Positions 21,499-31,621 of a stretch of 31,621 nt of DNA are shown in pieces. Numbering within the stretch: the first letter of the stretch is position 1; every line of letters starts with the position of its first letter. Under the pieces are notes generated by a model that saw only the letters and a program-made list of their open reading frames with translations, made no database searches and was not told the DNA's origin. The position numbers and the translations under genes are program-made. Source of the DNA: Octopus sinensis (taxonomy: Eukaryota); the NCBI RefSeq assembly GCF_006345805.1, contig NW_021832109.1, positions 1 to 31,621 of the forward strand, written 5' to 3'.

Positions 21499-23465
21499 TA
21501 GGGCAACCAGAAATATGACCTTAAAAAAGTTAAATATGACCGTAAAAAATATGACTTTATGACTTTAAAATTTTAAAATATAACTTAAAAATATTAAAAT
21601 ATGACCTAAAAAATCAAAATATGACCTATCGAATTTTGATTTTTAGATATTCTGAATTTGAAAATATGAAAAAATTAAACATTTCAATCAATGAATTTAT
21701 TATAATATTGCATCATATAATATTTAATATTTTCTGGCTTGAAGTTTCTATCCTTTTCGAGCAATTTATTTAGCATAGAAAAGCTTCTTTCTGCAGATAT
21801 TGATGTTGAAGGACATTTCCATAAGTAAATAAATGTTTCTGGAGAAATACTAGAAATTCTAGCATTTTTAATATTCGTCCATGGTAACATACTTATCCGC
21901 TTTAAAAAATACTTGTTGATGTCACAATTATCCTCACCAAAATTAACGGAATCAATGAATTCAATTGCATCTTTAATTGTTTCCGCGGAAACTGCCACTC
22001 GATACGCAGTGCGGCGACTTTGAGCTGACCTCCAGGCTCTCTATTAATTCGTGTATAACTTATTCCCCATTTTACCTGTTTTTCCTTAAAAATTGTATAA
22101 AATTTTTCTTGGCATTTTCTGATTTCATCAATGATAGGGTTGTATGAAGCCATTAACTCTGCCAGATTTTTCTCCAAATTTTCAGAGCTAACAGCATTTT
22201 TTGCATTCATCACAATTTTTCCACAATTTGGATAGGATAAGACAATTTCGCGAACTCTTGAAAGATGTCGACTATAATATTTTGCTGCGTCCAACCAGCT
22301 GCCCCATCTTGTTAGAACAACATCAGGTGGAAGTCCAATAACTGTAAAAAGACTCCTCCGGGAGGGATTTTTTACAATCGACATTTTGATAGACGAGATT
22401 AAGTCGTCAATATATTTATAATGTGCTCTAATCTTAAATGCACAATTGTGCAGAAGATGAGCAAAACAAGTTATATGAATCATTTTAATATACATAACCT
22501 TCAATGTACTCGCTGCTAAAGTCATATAACGGGCAGCATCAGAAATAAATAATAAAAAATTTTCCCTTTTTATATCATAAATTCGAATTGTGTCATCCAC
22601 AATTCTACAAATTGCAGATGCATCACAAATTTCAATTTCCAAACAATTTAATAAATAAATTTTTTCAGGACTTTCAATATTCCCACAAAGAACGTTAACA
22701 AATTTCTGTTTATTGATTTCCGTTTCATCAACAAGTATGAATATATCTTTTCCAGAAATAATTGTTTTAAGCATTTCAATCAATTGATATTGCAAATCTG
22801 GAACTATATTTCTGCACCAACTTTCGCTGGGAACAGTAAATCCGAGATTATTAAAAAAATTAATAGTGTTCATTTCTTATTTTGTAAAGAGGTATATTCG
22901 CCTTCGTCATCATTTCGACTAAGCAAATTCCGAAATTTTTCTTTGCTTCAAGTTTCGGAAGAGTGTTGAGTTGCGTTTGAAATTTTGTCTGTTCCTTTTT
23001 ATGCCGGGTAGTTTCCCTGTGCTGCACCACATTAAACGTTTTCGTAAAATTAACAAAAACTGAGAATTTCAAACAAAATAAACGTCCAGCTGAATCAATC
23101 TGAAATTCAGACGGGTATCGTTTAATTATTTTATTTAACTTTTGATTGTTAGATTGCTTTTGTTTCGGCATGTAAAAATCTATAATATTTAAGCGGCCAA
23201 CTACCAAAACGTGTGAAAACGTGTTATTGTCAAAATTTAAACAAAGATTAATAAAAATATATGATTTAATAAATATAAATATGACCTAACAAAAAAAATA
23301 TGACCTAAAAAAATAATATGACCTAACGGCATAAAATGTGACCTATAAGACCTAAAAAAATTAATAAAACTATTAAAAAATATAATAATAGTTTATTAAT
23401 TATAGAAATAACATCAATATGACCAATAAAAAATAATATGACTTATATGACTTTTGGTTGCCCTA
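21499..23465 (-). mobile_element. hAT DNA transposon (DUF659/CGGBP1-like transposase), 1967 bp
   Basis: 8-bp TSD GTTATGAG (21491-21498 and 23466-23473). TIRs TAGGGCAACCA(G/A)AA. Motifs LVDET, FISDAARYM, CFAHLLH, TRWGSW and SAERSFSML. AATATGAC(C/T) subterminal repeats at both ends. Confidence 0.95.
21981..22090 (+). mobile_element. 110-bp insertion in the hAT transposase, possibly the extreme 3' end of a CRE/REL-type LINE
   Basis: 6-bp duplication AATTGT (21975-21980 and 22091-22096). Removing it restores KFYTI|KDAIEF. The insert translates as FRGNCHSIRSAATLS*, similar to the RGN terminal motif of the CRE pieces in this window. Confidence 0.6.
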
Positions 23466-24438
23466 GTTATGAGTTGTTCGATATTATCTTGATATTTCCT
23501 CCGTTTCGTGGTATTGTTAATCAATTCCTCCGTAGCGAGCCTTCTTTGTTTTGTATTGGCTGTATAGTTCATGGCTATGTTGCCAAATATTTTTTGCATA
23601 CGTATCCGAGCTACTGTTACTCTGTGGTCGCTATTTGTAGCGGCGCCTCCGTAAAAGCGTGAGTCTATAAGAGAGTCCTTGTGTGTATTCTGACATATTA
23701 TATAATCTATTTGATTATATATTGTGATCTCCTTCCCGCTTCGGTCTTTCCTATAGCCAGTCCACGTCGTCTTATGCCTGGCAGGATGTTGAAAGGTCGT
23801 ATTGCAGAGATAGAGATCAAATGCCAGGCAAAACCCAACTAGGGAGTCTCCGGAAGAGTTTCGGTAGCCTCTTCCATGGCTACCAATGCATATTTCATCA
23901 TTTTTCTTAATGCCTGCTTTGGCATTCCATTCTCCCGTCAGAAATAGGACTGTTGTCTTGTTTAATACGTTGCATAATTCTGAAAGGCTTGCGTAAAATT
24001 TGTCCAACTCATCAGAAGCAACCAACAGTCTCCCCGTATGGAATGCATACACGTTGATGATGGATAAAATTTTACTTCCTTTCGATTTCAGTTTGATTTG
24101 AAGAATCGCGATGCGGTTATTAACACTCCAGACTTTGAGTTCCCTCTTTTCCAGTGAGGCTCGAACAGCGAATCCCAATCCGTAGTGTCGGCACTCAGAG
24201 TGGAGAAATATAAGGCGGTATTTTCCATAAGCTTCATCATTCCCTTCCGCGACCTTCGTCTCTTGAAGACAGCATACATCGACCCCGTAACGGTCTAGGT
24301 CGTCGCATAAGGTATTCCGTTTTGACTTCGCTGATAGTCCTCTAACATTAAAAGAAGCAATAGTAAAAGGCCTCGATTGAATAGAACATGTTTGAGACAT
24401 ATCAAAGAGAGGCACGTAACCACCTCAACCAATAAATT

Positions 24439-26688
24439 TTTTTTTAGTCTTTATTATATTTCAAATCAAAAGAGAAATAGTCATTGGCAGATAGCCAGAG
24501 TATTGCCTCTGACTATTGCTATAGATATTCTTTCGATTAAATACCGGTGCTCACACGGGTCGCCGGTGTTTTTCATAGACGCGTAAACCGAGGCGCAGAC
24601 AAACTCCAATTCTTACGGCTTCATCATTAAGAAGGCAGCCAGTTGTATTACAAGGGTAACAGTTTAGCCACACGCCGCTTAGGGGCTGGCTGCCCGCTTG
24701 TAAACAAGCCAACCTTCTCTGGTCCATGGTTTCCTTTAGGCATGAAAACGTATTGGCGTGGACTTTCGACGTCCACTCCGATTGGCAGGTCACATCAGAT
24801 GGCAATGGCAATCCCAGCTTTTCCCATACGGCGACGCAATCATCCACAGCAAATGATTTCCTCTGTTCGTTTATTTGAGAAAGAACAGTGTCGATCATAT
24901 CTCTGGACGAGAGTACTGAGGAAAAATATGCGCCGTGCGCTGAATCTGCCGGGGTGATCAAGCCGATCCCTCCCAGGGAAATTGGAAGAGTCGCCTGTCT
25001 CCACGACTGCGTATCGAAGCTAACGTTGAGGATGTCCTCAGTGCAAGCTCTCATATTCTCGGAATAGTCTTCGAGAAGATCTGTTTCCTGATAGCATTGG
25101 GCCGTCCTCAAAAGGTATGTTAACTTCGGAATAGATAGACAGTTCCTCATTAAAAAGAGCCCAATGTGGCTATCCACACAACGTAATTTTTCAGAGAGAA
25201 GGGAAAATTCCGAAATTTTAGCCTTCATAACAGCTTTGATACCACTTTCAAAAATAGGAGATCCAAGAAAAATCAAGTCCTCTTTGAGGGGGAAGGTGCA
25301 TCCAGGTAGCAGTTTGTCGAATTCGGTCATCCACTTACGAAAGGAAAGTTCGTCCGTGTTGACATTCACAATTTCGCATTAGGCGCAGTTGAATTCAAGC
25401 CCAAGCGCTCCAAAATTAAAAACAAGAGACTTCAGCGTTTCCAAGATGCCTTCGGGGGTTCCTCCAATTACTCCATCATCCAAATACCACATGTTAAGAT
25501 CATTTTTACACGATCTCGTTGTTTGGTGAATTGCGAGGGAGAATAAAAGAGGACCTAGAGGGTCACCTTGTTGAACTCCATTGGCAGAATCAAGTATTGT
25601 TGTTCCGAATACAAGCGCGGAAGCCTTGGAGTATGCCAAATTTACAATCGGTAGGATTTGCGGAATTTCTTTGGCACAAGCTTCAAGAATACAGTCTCTT
25701 CTAACAGAATTGAATGCATTCTTTAAATCGATCTTGGCCAGAATTTGTTGGGAATCCGTGGAAGAAAAAACAAACTCACGCAGAACGTGGACCCCGGCCT
25801 CAGCGCCTCCTCGGACACCAACTCCAAGCTGTGTTGGTACGAAGTACGACAGAAGTTCCCCAGAGCCTGCCTTGCTTGCTATCTTGGAAGCAATCCTTCG
25901 GAAAATGTTTCCGACAGCAAGGGGCGAACTCCGCCATCCGCCTTCTTTAGGGCCGTCAAACATGAGGAGAAGATCAGTTCACGAGGAAAAGAGCATAAGT
26001 CGCCGGACAGAATCTTGTTAGAGAGTTCGACGATCTTTTCAAGCAAGGTAGTATTGTTTTCCCCTGAGAGCCGATATATCAAATCACGAACATGCCCAGG
26101 CCTTAGGCCATCCACACCGCCAGAGCTGCTGCGGCGGAAGGATTTCAGGCTATCGGAGACGTCCATGGCCGAGGCTACTAGTGGCATGACATTAGGGAGG
26201 TGGAATTCACGAAAGTCTTCAGGGGCGCTGGGATGTTTCGCTTTCAATGCAGAAACAGTAGCAGTGCTGTATGGAAGGGTGCCCAGGTCGGAGGATATGG
26301 TTCGTACAGCGGCCTTTACGTCTCCTTCCATGAGTTTTGTCCGTACCAGTCGCCGATCCTTTCGGCCTCAGATGCCTTTGAAGGCCTTCTTTCAACTTTG
26401 TGCGTCCCTTCGGTAGGGGGGCAGAGGACGGACTCGAAATTGTACATGAATTCAGCGATCTGCGCTTTCAAAACTTTAGCAAGGGATTGCCCATCCCTTT
26501 GTTGCTGTATCGGGACGCCCAAAGCGTAGACGGGAAAGAGGAATGGTTTTGCCCATGAAAGGGCGTCGGAGTGTTTCTTCGTGGCATTTCCAATCAAGGT
26601 GGCAAGACTCTCTGCAGCAAGTAGCCTGACTGCCTTCGGAATCCTGACGGGGATGTATCTGCACCGTCGCAAATCGGAAAGATAAATA
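24439..26688 (-). mobile_element. CRE-clade non-LTR retrotransposon with the zinc knuckle and REL endonuclease core deleted
   Basis: RIPKAVR, EGDVKAAVR, KHP, GGVDGLRPGH, QLGVGVRGGAE, KIDLKNAFNSVRR, GVQQGDPLGPLLF, WYLDDG, LPISLGGIG and VRIGVCLRLG. These are fused at about 24570 to TGDPCEHRYLIERISIAIVRGNTLAICQ* (stop at 24481), then a short 3' UTR and A tail. Confidence 0.9.
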
Positions 26689-27676
26689 AATAAATTAATA
26701 ATTGAAGAATTTATTTTAATTTGGAAATCTTAACATTTTTTAAATTTAAAGAAAAATGATTAATAGTTTTAATAAAAACTATTTTTACTCAAGATGAATT
26801 AGAATTTAATTTTATAACAAAAAAAAGATACAATGGAATTTTGTTTTTTGTTTCTGTCTAAGCTGTAATTTTTTTAATAGTTTTTACTATTTTTTTATGT
26901 TTAACGTTTATAATGGATTTCTGAATTGTTTTTATCATGAGCAGAGTATGAAATCTGTAAAGAAATTCAACAAGTTTAATTTTGTCTTCTAAAGATTTTC
27001 GATCCTCTTTTTTAGTTCTCAAAAGAATGTGTTTAGTACTAAGTGACATACCATCATAGCCAGCTGACTGATTGCTTTTGAGGTGTATGAATGCATTTGT
27101 ACACCTCTCATCACTGTAGTTTTGCCTATAAAAGGTTTTGGATTCCTAATAAATTTAGGTATATTTTTTTCAAATGATTTAAACTGGGTCTCAAAGTGTT
27201 TGGGTGTATAGTTTACTTTATCCTCTGGGTTTTGTAGATAATGGCCTGTGTTATAGCAGATTTTTAGTGACTTCTTCACAGTACCTTGTATAAGTAATTT
27301 GATAGCAGCAAAAATTTGTCTTCCATATTGTCAGTTCTCAACTTGGTTGATTTATCATCTACTTATTTGTGCCAGAGGTCGTTTGATCTTTTCTTATCAA
27401 ATGTGACATTTGGTTGCTTTTTTAATACTTTTATTCGAATTTGAAATTCCAAGTTGCAAGAGTTTCAAGAGTATTTCCCGGACAGTTGTTCGTTCATAGA
27501 GATTACCTGATATTTTTTGTCAAGCTTTAAAAGTCAACATTTCCACCGCCAAACGTATATTTAGAGACGTAGTTTTTCTCTTTACACCCTTGATCCCAAA
27601 ATATTGTTTAAGATTTAATCTAGCAACTGTCATCTTTTGGAAGCTTTCGAGAGGTTTTGATCACGTGATCCAATGA

Positions 27677-27936
27677 GTAGGTCATCAGCTTAGGCGAGGA
27701 AAATATGAAGCGCTGCGAGATCGATTCGTGTTCTGTCCGATTGTGGTCGAGACAACTGGAGGAATAAGTGGGAAATCGCTCCGCTTCCTAAAGAAGCTTG
27801 GACGCTTAGCCACATTAAAAAGCCACGACACACGTGAGACCCGGTGGCTTCTCAGTTGATCTCTGTTGCTATCGTGAGAGGCAACGCAACGTCAATTATG
27901 TTGGCGGGGTCCACTTCGGATAGATGGCTTTGTTAA
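27677..27936 (+). mobile_element. 3'-terminal fragment of a second CRE-clade element
   Basis: KYEALRDRFVFCPIVVETTGGISGKSLRFLKKLG...DTRETRWLL/QLISVAIVRGNATSIM, the typical C-terminal tail after the REL domain. Confidence 0.8.
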
Positions 27937-28058
27937 CTTCTATAGTAAATTACAGTAACTTTTGAATCAAAATAAATTTTATATTATTAGCTAATTTATT
28001 ATTAAATGTAAAATATTTTTAAACTGTATTAAATAGCTTTACTGTTTGTTAGCTACTT

Positions 28059-28483
28059 ATGGTAAATTACTTAATATTTTTATTAGGCCAAATCACATTT
28101 TTCATATGAAGACCAGAAATCAATAAACGAATTTGTTCGTCAACATACGAAATATCAAACACTTAAGCAGAATATACTTGAATACGAAGTTATTATAAAA
28201 ATAATACTTTCAGGGAGAATTTGAGAAGATTGATACTGCTGAAATGGATTTAATGATGATGGAAGAGGGGGAAAATATACTTTATAACATTGGAGGAACT
28301 TTCTATTACAAAAAATACGATCCGGCATTGGAATTCCTCAATCAAGCTAAGAAAGAGTGTGAAGAGGCTTCAAATTCTGCTCGAAAACAAATGAATGAGA
28401 TCGTTGAAGCGATGGATAATATTAGGAGTTCAATTTATGCAAAATTTAGCAAGGATGAAATTAATATGGACTATGAACTTTAA
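28059..28483 (+). CDS. PFDN4: Prefoldin subunit 4, 124 aa, 3 exons
   Basis: Exons 28059-28061, 28087-28188 and 28214-28483, with two 25-nt GT-AG introns. SYEDQKSINEF, LYNIGGTF and IYAKF..INMD match PFDN4 hallmarks (FEDQQKINKF, YQIGDVF, LYAKFGSNINLE). Confidence 0.88.
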
Positions 28484-28899
28484 TTAAATTTTCGGATTTA
28501 AATCATTTTCAAGCTATTTTTAAATGTGTTACTATAAGTGAACAGGGGAGTAATAGAATAAAAATATAAAAACGAATATAGTATCGAAAATAATGGTACT
28601 AGTGGGTTTCAAGAAGGTATCAGTAGCTACTTCCTTACAAACTTAGTAGAGATCTGGAAATTCTTGTTAAACAAATAGCAAATTAATTTATCTCAAATTA
28701 AGTGTGATAAATGCAAGATAGAAATTTTGTTTTTTGCATACACAAGATCGCTATGGATTCATTTCCAAAAACAGGCAAACAGTTGCCCATTTAGCCACCG
28801 GTGTAATAAGATGCTAAACAGTAATTACCTCCGAATAAATAATGAGGTTGCAAAGTGTATCCACTTTCACTTGTGTATAGAATCAAACGAAGATTGCAG

Positions 28900-29381
28900 A
28901 CTATATTAAATTATTCTACCTTCTCTACACCCTACCTACTATCTCAAACTAAGGATCCATAATACTCCGTCTTAAGATTTGAGACCTACAATGAAGATCA
29001 AAAAATCAACATGCAAGTTCCCCACGTGTTTGCACCCAATCGACCTGATTTTTCAGGAAAACCGTCACCCGTGATTGTCAACTATATTAATTTGTTCGAC
29101 CTTCTCTTCACCCTTCCTAACATCTCAAAATATGTTCATAATACTTTGTCTTATGTTTTGAGACCTATCATGAAAATCAGAAAATCAATATGCGAGTTAT
29201 TCACGTGTGTGCAAGTCATCGATCTGATCTTTCAGGAAAACTGTCCCCAAGGATTATCGACTATATTAATTTGTTCCGCGTCCTCTACACCATTTTTACC
29301 ATCTCATACTAAAGATTCATGATACTTGGTCTCAAGATTTTATACTTACTATAAAAATCAGAAAATCAATATTCGAGTTGT
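28900..29381. repeat. Degenerate tandem repeat, about 2.7 copies of a ~180-bp unit
   Basis: ACTATATTAA anchors at 28900, 29081 and 29260. Shared blocks include GAGACCTA, AAAATCAA, CACGTG and TTTCAGGAAAAC. Confidence 0.88.
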
Positions 29382-29384
29382 CAA

Positions 29385-29710
29385 AGAAATGTGGAACAGC
29401 ATTCTTTGGACCTAAAACAAAGAGATGTTACGGCCTAACAAAGAGGTAAAAGTTGTGGAGAGATTTCTAAATTGCTGAAATTATCAAAAAGTACAGTTTG
29501 GAATATTATTACCCGACGAAAACAACACTGAACTGCTATTAATCGACCAAGATCAGGTCCTCCGAAAAAAATAACAACGTTATTGTTCATTTAAAAAAGA
29601 ATAATCGGTACAAAGCCTCAAATTGTTTAAAAAAATTGGCCGACGATTTAAAGATTACAGGAACATCAGTATCCCATCGTACGATTACTTCTGCACTATT
29701 AAAGAAAATA
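29385..29710 (+). mobile_element. Tc1-family transposase N-terminal (HTH) remnant
   Basis: HSLDLKQRDVTA*QRGKSCGEISKLLKLSKSTVWNIITRRKQH*TAINRPRSGPPKKIT, then SVSHRTI in another frame. Contains stops and no DDE domain. Confidence 0.8.
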
Positions 29711-29860
29711 GAAATTTCTGCACGAATTAAATATGTCATATATCAACCAAAAATATTTCACTGATTTCAAGTCAGATAATATTGATTTGTTTCTAATATT
29801 AATCAATATTATAAAATTCAATGTTTTGTTTAAAAATTAAAATAAATATTAATTTTTTTA

Positions 29861-30329
29861 ATGTCTCAACATAGATTCATATATTTTGCTACTTTGTATT
29901 CAATTTGTAGTTTTTTCTTTGGAATAATTGGCTTTTCATTTTATAGTAAACTATTTTGCTGATATCTTTGATGTAGATTCATCATCAATGAAGAAATATC
30001 CTGTTCTAAATTGGATCACACCTCTATTTATAATTCTTTTCATTGTCTTTGGAATTTTTTCGACTGAATACTGGATCAAATATATATCATATATGATTAA
30101 TCGAGTAAAAAATTTGTTTGTTTTTACCTGATTAGAACAAAATAAATGAGATGAGGTATAATTACTGTTGTTAAAAAATAGCTATACAACAGAAATGCCT
30201 CCATCATTTAGCATTGCTTTAACAATGCCGAATCCTGATATGCATCCTGATGCCAATCCAGCGCCGATTTATACAGAAGCAATCGAAAATATCAAACAAG
30301 GAATTTTCTTTAATGTATCAAATATTTAA
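29861..30329 (+). CDS. Unrecognised 126-aa protein with two hydrophobic segments and a Pro-rich tail, 4 exons
   Basis: Exons 29861-29945, 29977-30104, 30136-30155 and 30182-30329. GT-AG introns of 31, 31 and 26 nt fit the host size class and give one open frame: MSQHRFIYFATLYSICSFFFGIIGFSFYNSSSMKKYPVLNWITPLFIILFIVFGIFSTEYWIKYISYMINRNKINEMSYTTEMPPSFSIALTMPNPDMHPDANPAPIYTEAIENIKQGIFFNVSNI. Confidence 0.7.
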
Positions 30330-30940
30330 ACGATTTTTAACCAATTTATATCTAAATTTTTTTCTATAAATTTATGATTCAGAAAATATTTAAAAAGATG
30401 TGTGATTGCGGTTTATTTATAACCAAATTTAGTTATCTAATCAATACAAATTTAGTTTTATACATTTTAAACTAACTTTTTTTGTCTTTGCATTGAATAA
30501 ATTTTCTCGTTTTGACTGCGTATCCCAACATTCGATTAAACTTTTATTAACTCGCTTTTCCAAAATTTAAAATTTTCGCTAGATATTTACTGATTTGTTA
30601 ACAATTTTCACTATCATTTTTGAAATATATTCAGGATCTCATTTATCTGATTTTTTTGAGTTATCTCGGGATATTGTTTATTGTTTGTGAAAAACTTAAC
30701 TATTCCGGCTTTACATGTCATTAGCCTTCTCATGAAATTTTGACATTTTTAGTGCTATATGGACGAATTTATGCAGTTTCTTCAACTAAACTTAGCTTAT
30801 TTTCGGAATTGGTGCATACTCGTTAGTCATTGTTAAATATTGGGTCGTTATTATTTTGATCTTTTATTCCGATTGCCAACCTATACTTATTCATTGTTTT
30901 TATGTTTATTGTCCAAATAATTTATGTTCATTGTTTTTCA

Positions 30941-31229
30941 TTATTTTGGTAGGTAAAAATTTTTGTATTTAAAATTAAAATAATAAGATCTCCACATCTG
31001 CTTTGAAAAATAAGTTTTGATTTTAGAGAAAGTATAAAATTTTTTCCAATCTGGGAAATTTGTTACTATTAAATAACCAGTTCGATAATCAGTAACATAA
31101 ATTTGACAAACGAAAAAATGCACACATGGTCTTTTCATTTATTTTAATAGGGTTTGAGACGTATAATTTAGCCACACTTAGATAATTACTAAAATTTTAC
31201 TAGAGATAGCAAATGAAGTTGAAGATCAT
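30941..31229 (-). CDS. Tentative 72-aa spliced ORF with a hydrophobic N-terminus
   Basis: Exons 31201-31229, 31112-31176 and 30941-31065, with GT-AG introns of 24 and 46 nt: MIFNFICYLYVAKLYVSNPIKINEKTMCAFFLTNFPDWKKFYTF... No recognisable homology, and it could arise by chance. Confidence 0.22.
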
Positions 31230-31395
31230 TTTTTAAACTTTCGAGAGTTAAGGATACGTCCACTTATTTGTCTACCTCAGATGAAGGTGATTAGGTGTCG
31301 CAAACTTTTTGATCAATAATTTTTTTAGTATTTTTTAGAAATAACCAATACCATAAATTCGTAAATTCCATTTTAATTGTTGTTAGAATATGTCG

Positions 31396-31429
31396 CGAGC
31401 GCAGCGAGCGACCGAGCGCAGCGAGCGAC
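31396..31429. repeat. Exact 17-bp tandem duplication CGAGCGCAGCGAGCGAC
   Basis: Read directly. It forms a GC-rich island in AT-rich sequence. Confidence 0.85.
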
Positions 31430-31483
31430 CACTCAATTTCTAGATCCGATCAATCAAAAAATCTATAAATTGACAAATACCCA

Positions 31484-31621
31484 GGAATGGAATGGAAAGT
31501 TTTATTGTAAGCAAATCAGAGACTTAGTGAAAAGGTTGGACGAGGTTAAACGAGACGACTGCAAGGACAGTCGAGCTCTACCGAGATTCGTCCTAAGAGA
31601 GTATACGAGCCGGCCTTTGAT
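31484..31621 (-). mobile_element. Probable 3' end of another LINE, running off the window
   Basis: Abrupt GC rise. The minus strand ends CAATAAACT(TTCCA)n, paralleling the AATAAACAC(TATTC)n tail of LINE A. Confidence 0.45.

Larger units (their letters stand above)
19440..24415 (-). mobile_element. RTE-clade LINE (APE plus RT), split by a hAT insertion
   Basis: APE 23466..24415: TIASFNVRGL, VCCLQETK, GEWNAK, CNTTFQH, NQIDYII and SDHR. RT 19477..21003: SQSGFRPGRSTAD, MSKAFD, GTPQGDTLSP and YADDL. After removing 21499..23473 the frame reads through (EQLIT|QLNTEKRP). Confidence 0.93.

Noticed and set aside
24431-26696. 8-bp AATAAATT at both ends of the CRE element as a TSD
   Set aside because: It is all A/T in AT-rich flanks and overlaps the A tail, so it could easily be chance.
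26858-27640. Minus-strand ORFs 26858..27049 and 27019..27279 and upstream open stretches
   Set aside because: They look like decayed coding DNA, but I recognised no family motif or consistent splice model.

Overview
AT-rich eukaryotic window using the standard code (TAA ends both recognisable genes). Roughly two-thirds of it is nested, mostly damaged transposons. Host genes: UPF1 (14501..18172, 22 exons, about 1012 aa by my exon model), prefoldin 4 (28059..28483) and an unrecognised 2-TM gene (29861..30329). Nearly all introns are only 24-33 nt, which points to a genome-reduced organism such as a dicyemid, orthonectid or myxozoan (inference, not determined). Mobile DNA: an I/Jockey-group LINE in three copies, two Ingi/Vingi-like LINEs, two RTE-clade LINEs, CRE-clade pieces, two hAT elements, a pogo/Tigger element and a Tc1 remnant. 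The most notable signal is the 5' end of the LINE at 763..1853 (minus strand). It carries a clear 2A ribosome-skipping motif (GDVEQNPGP) immediately before the APE domain, preceded by a candidate HDV-like ribozyme fold. This resembles the trypanosome L1Tc/ingi design. All assignments come from manual translation and motif recognition; no searches were run.
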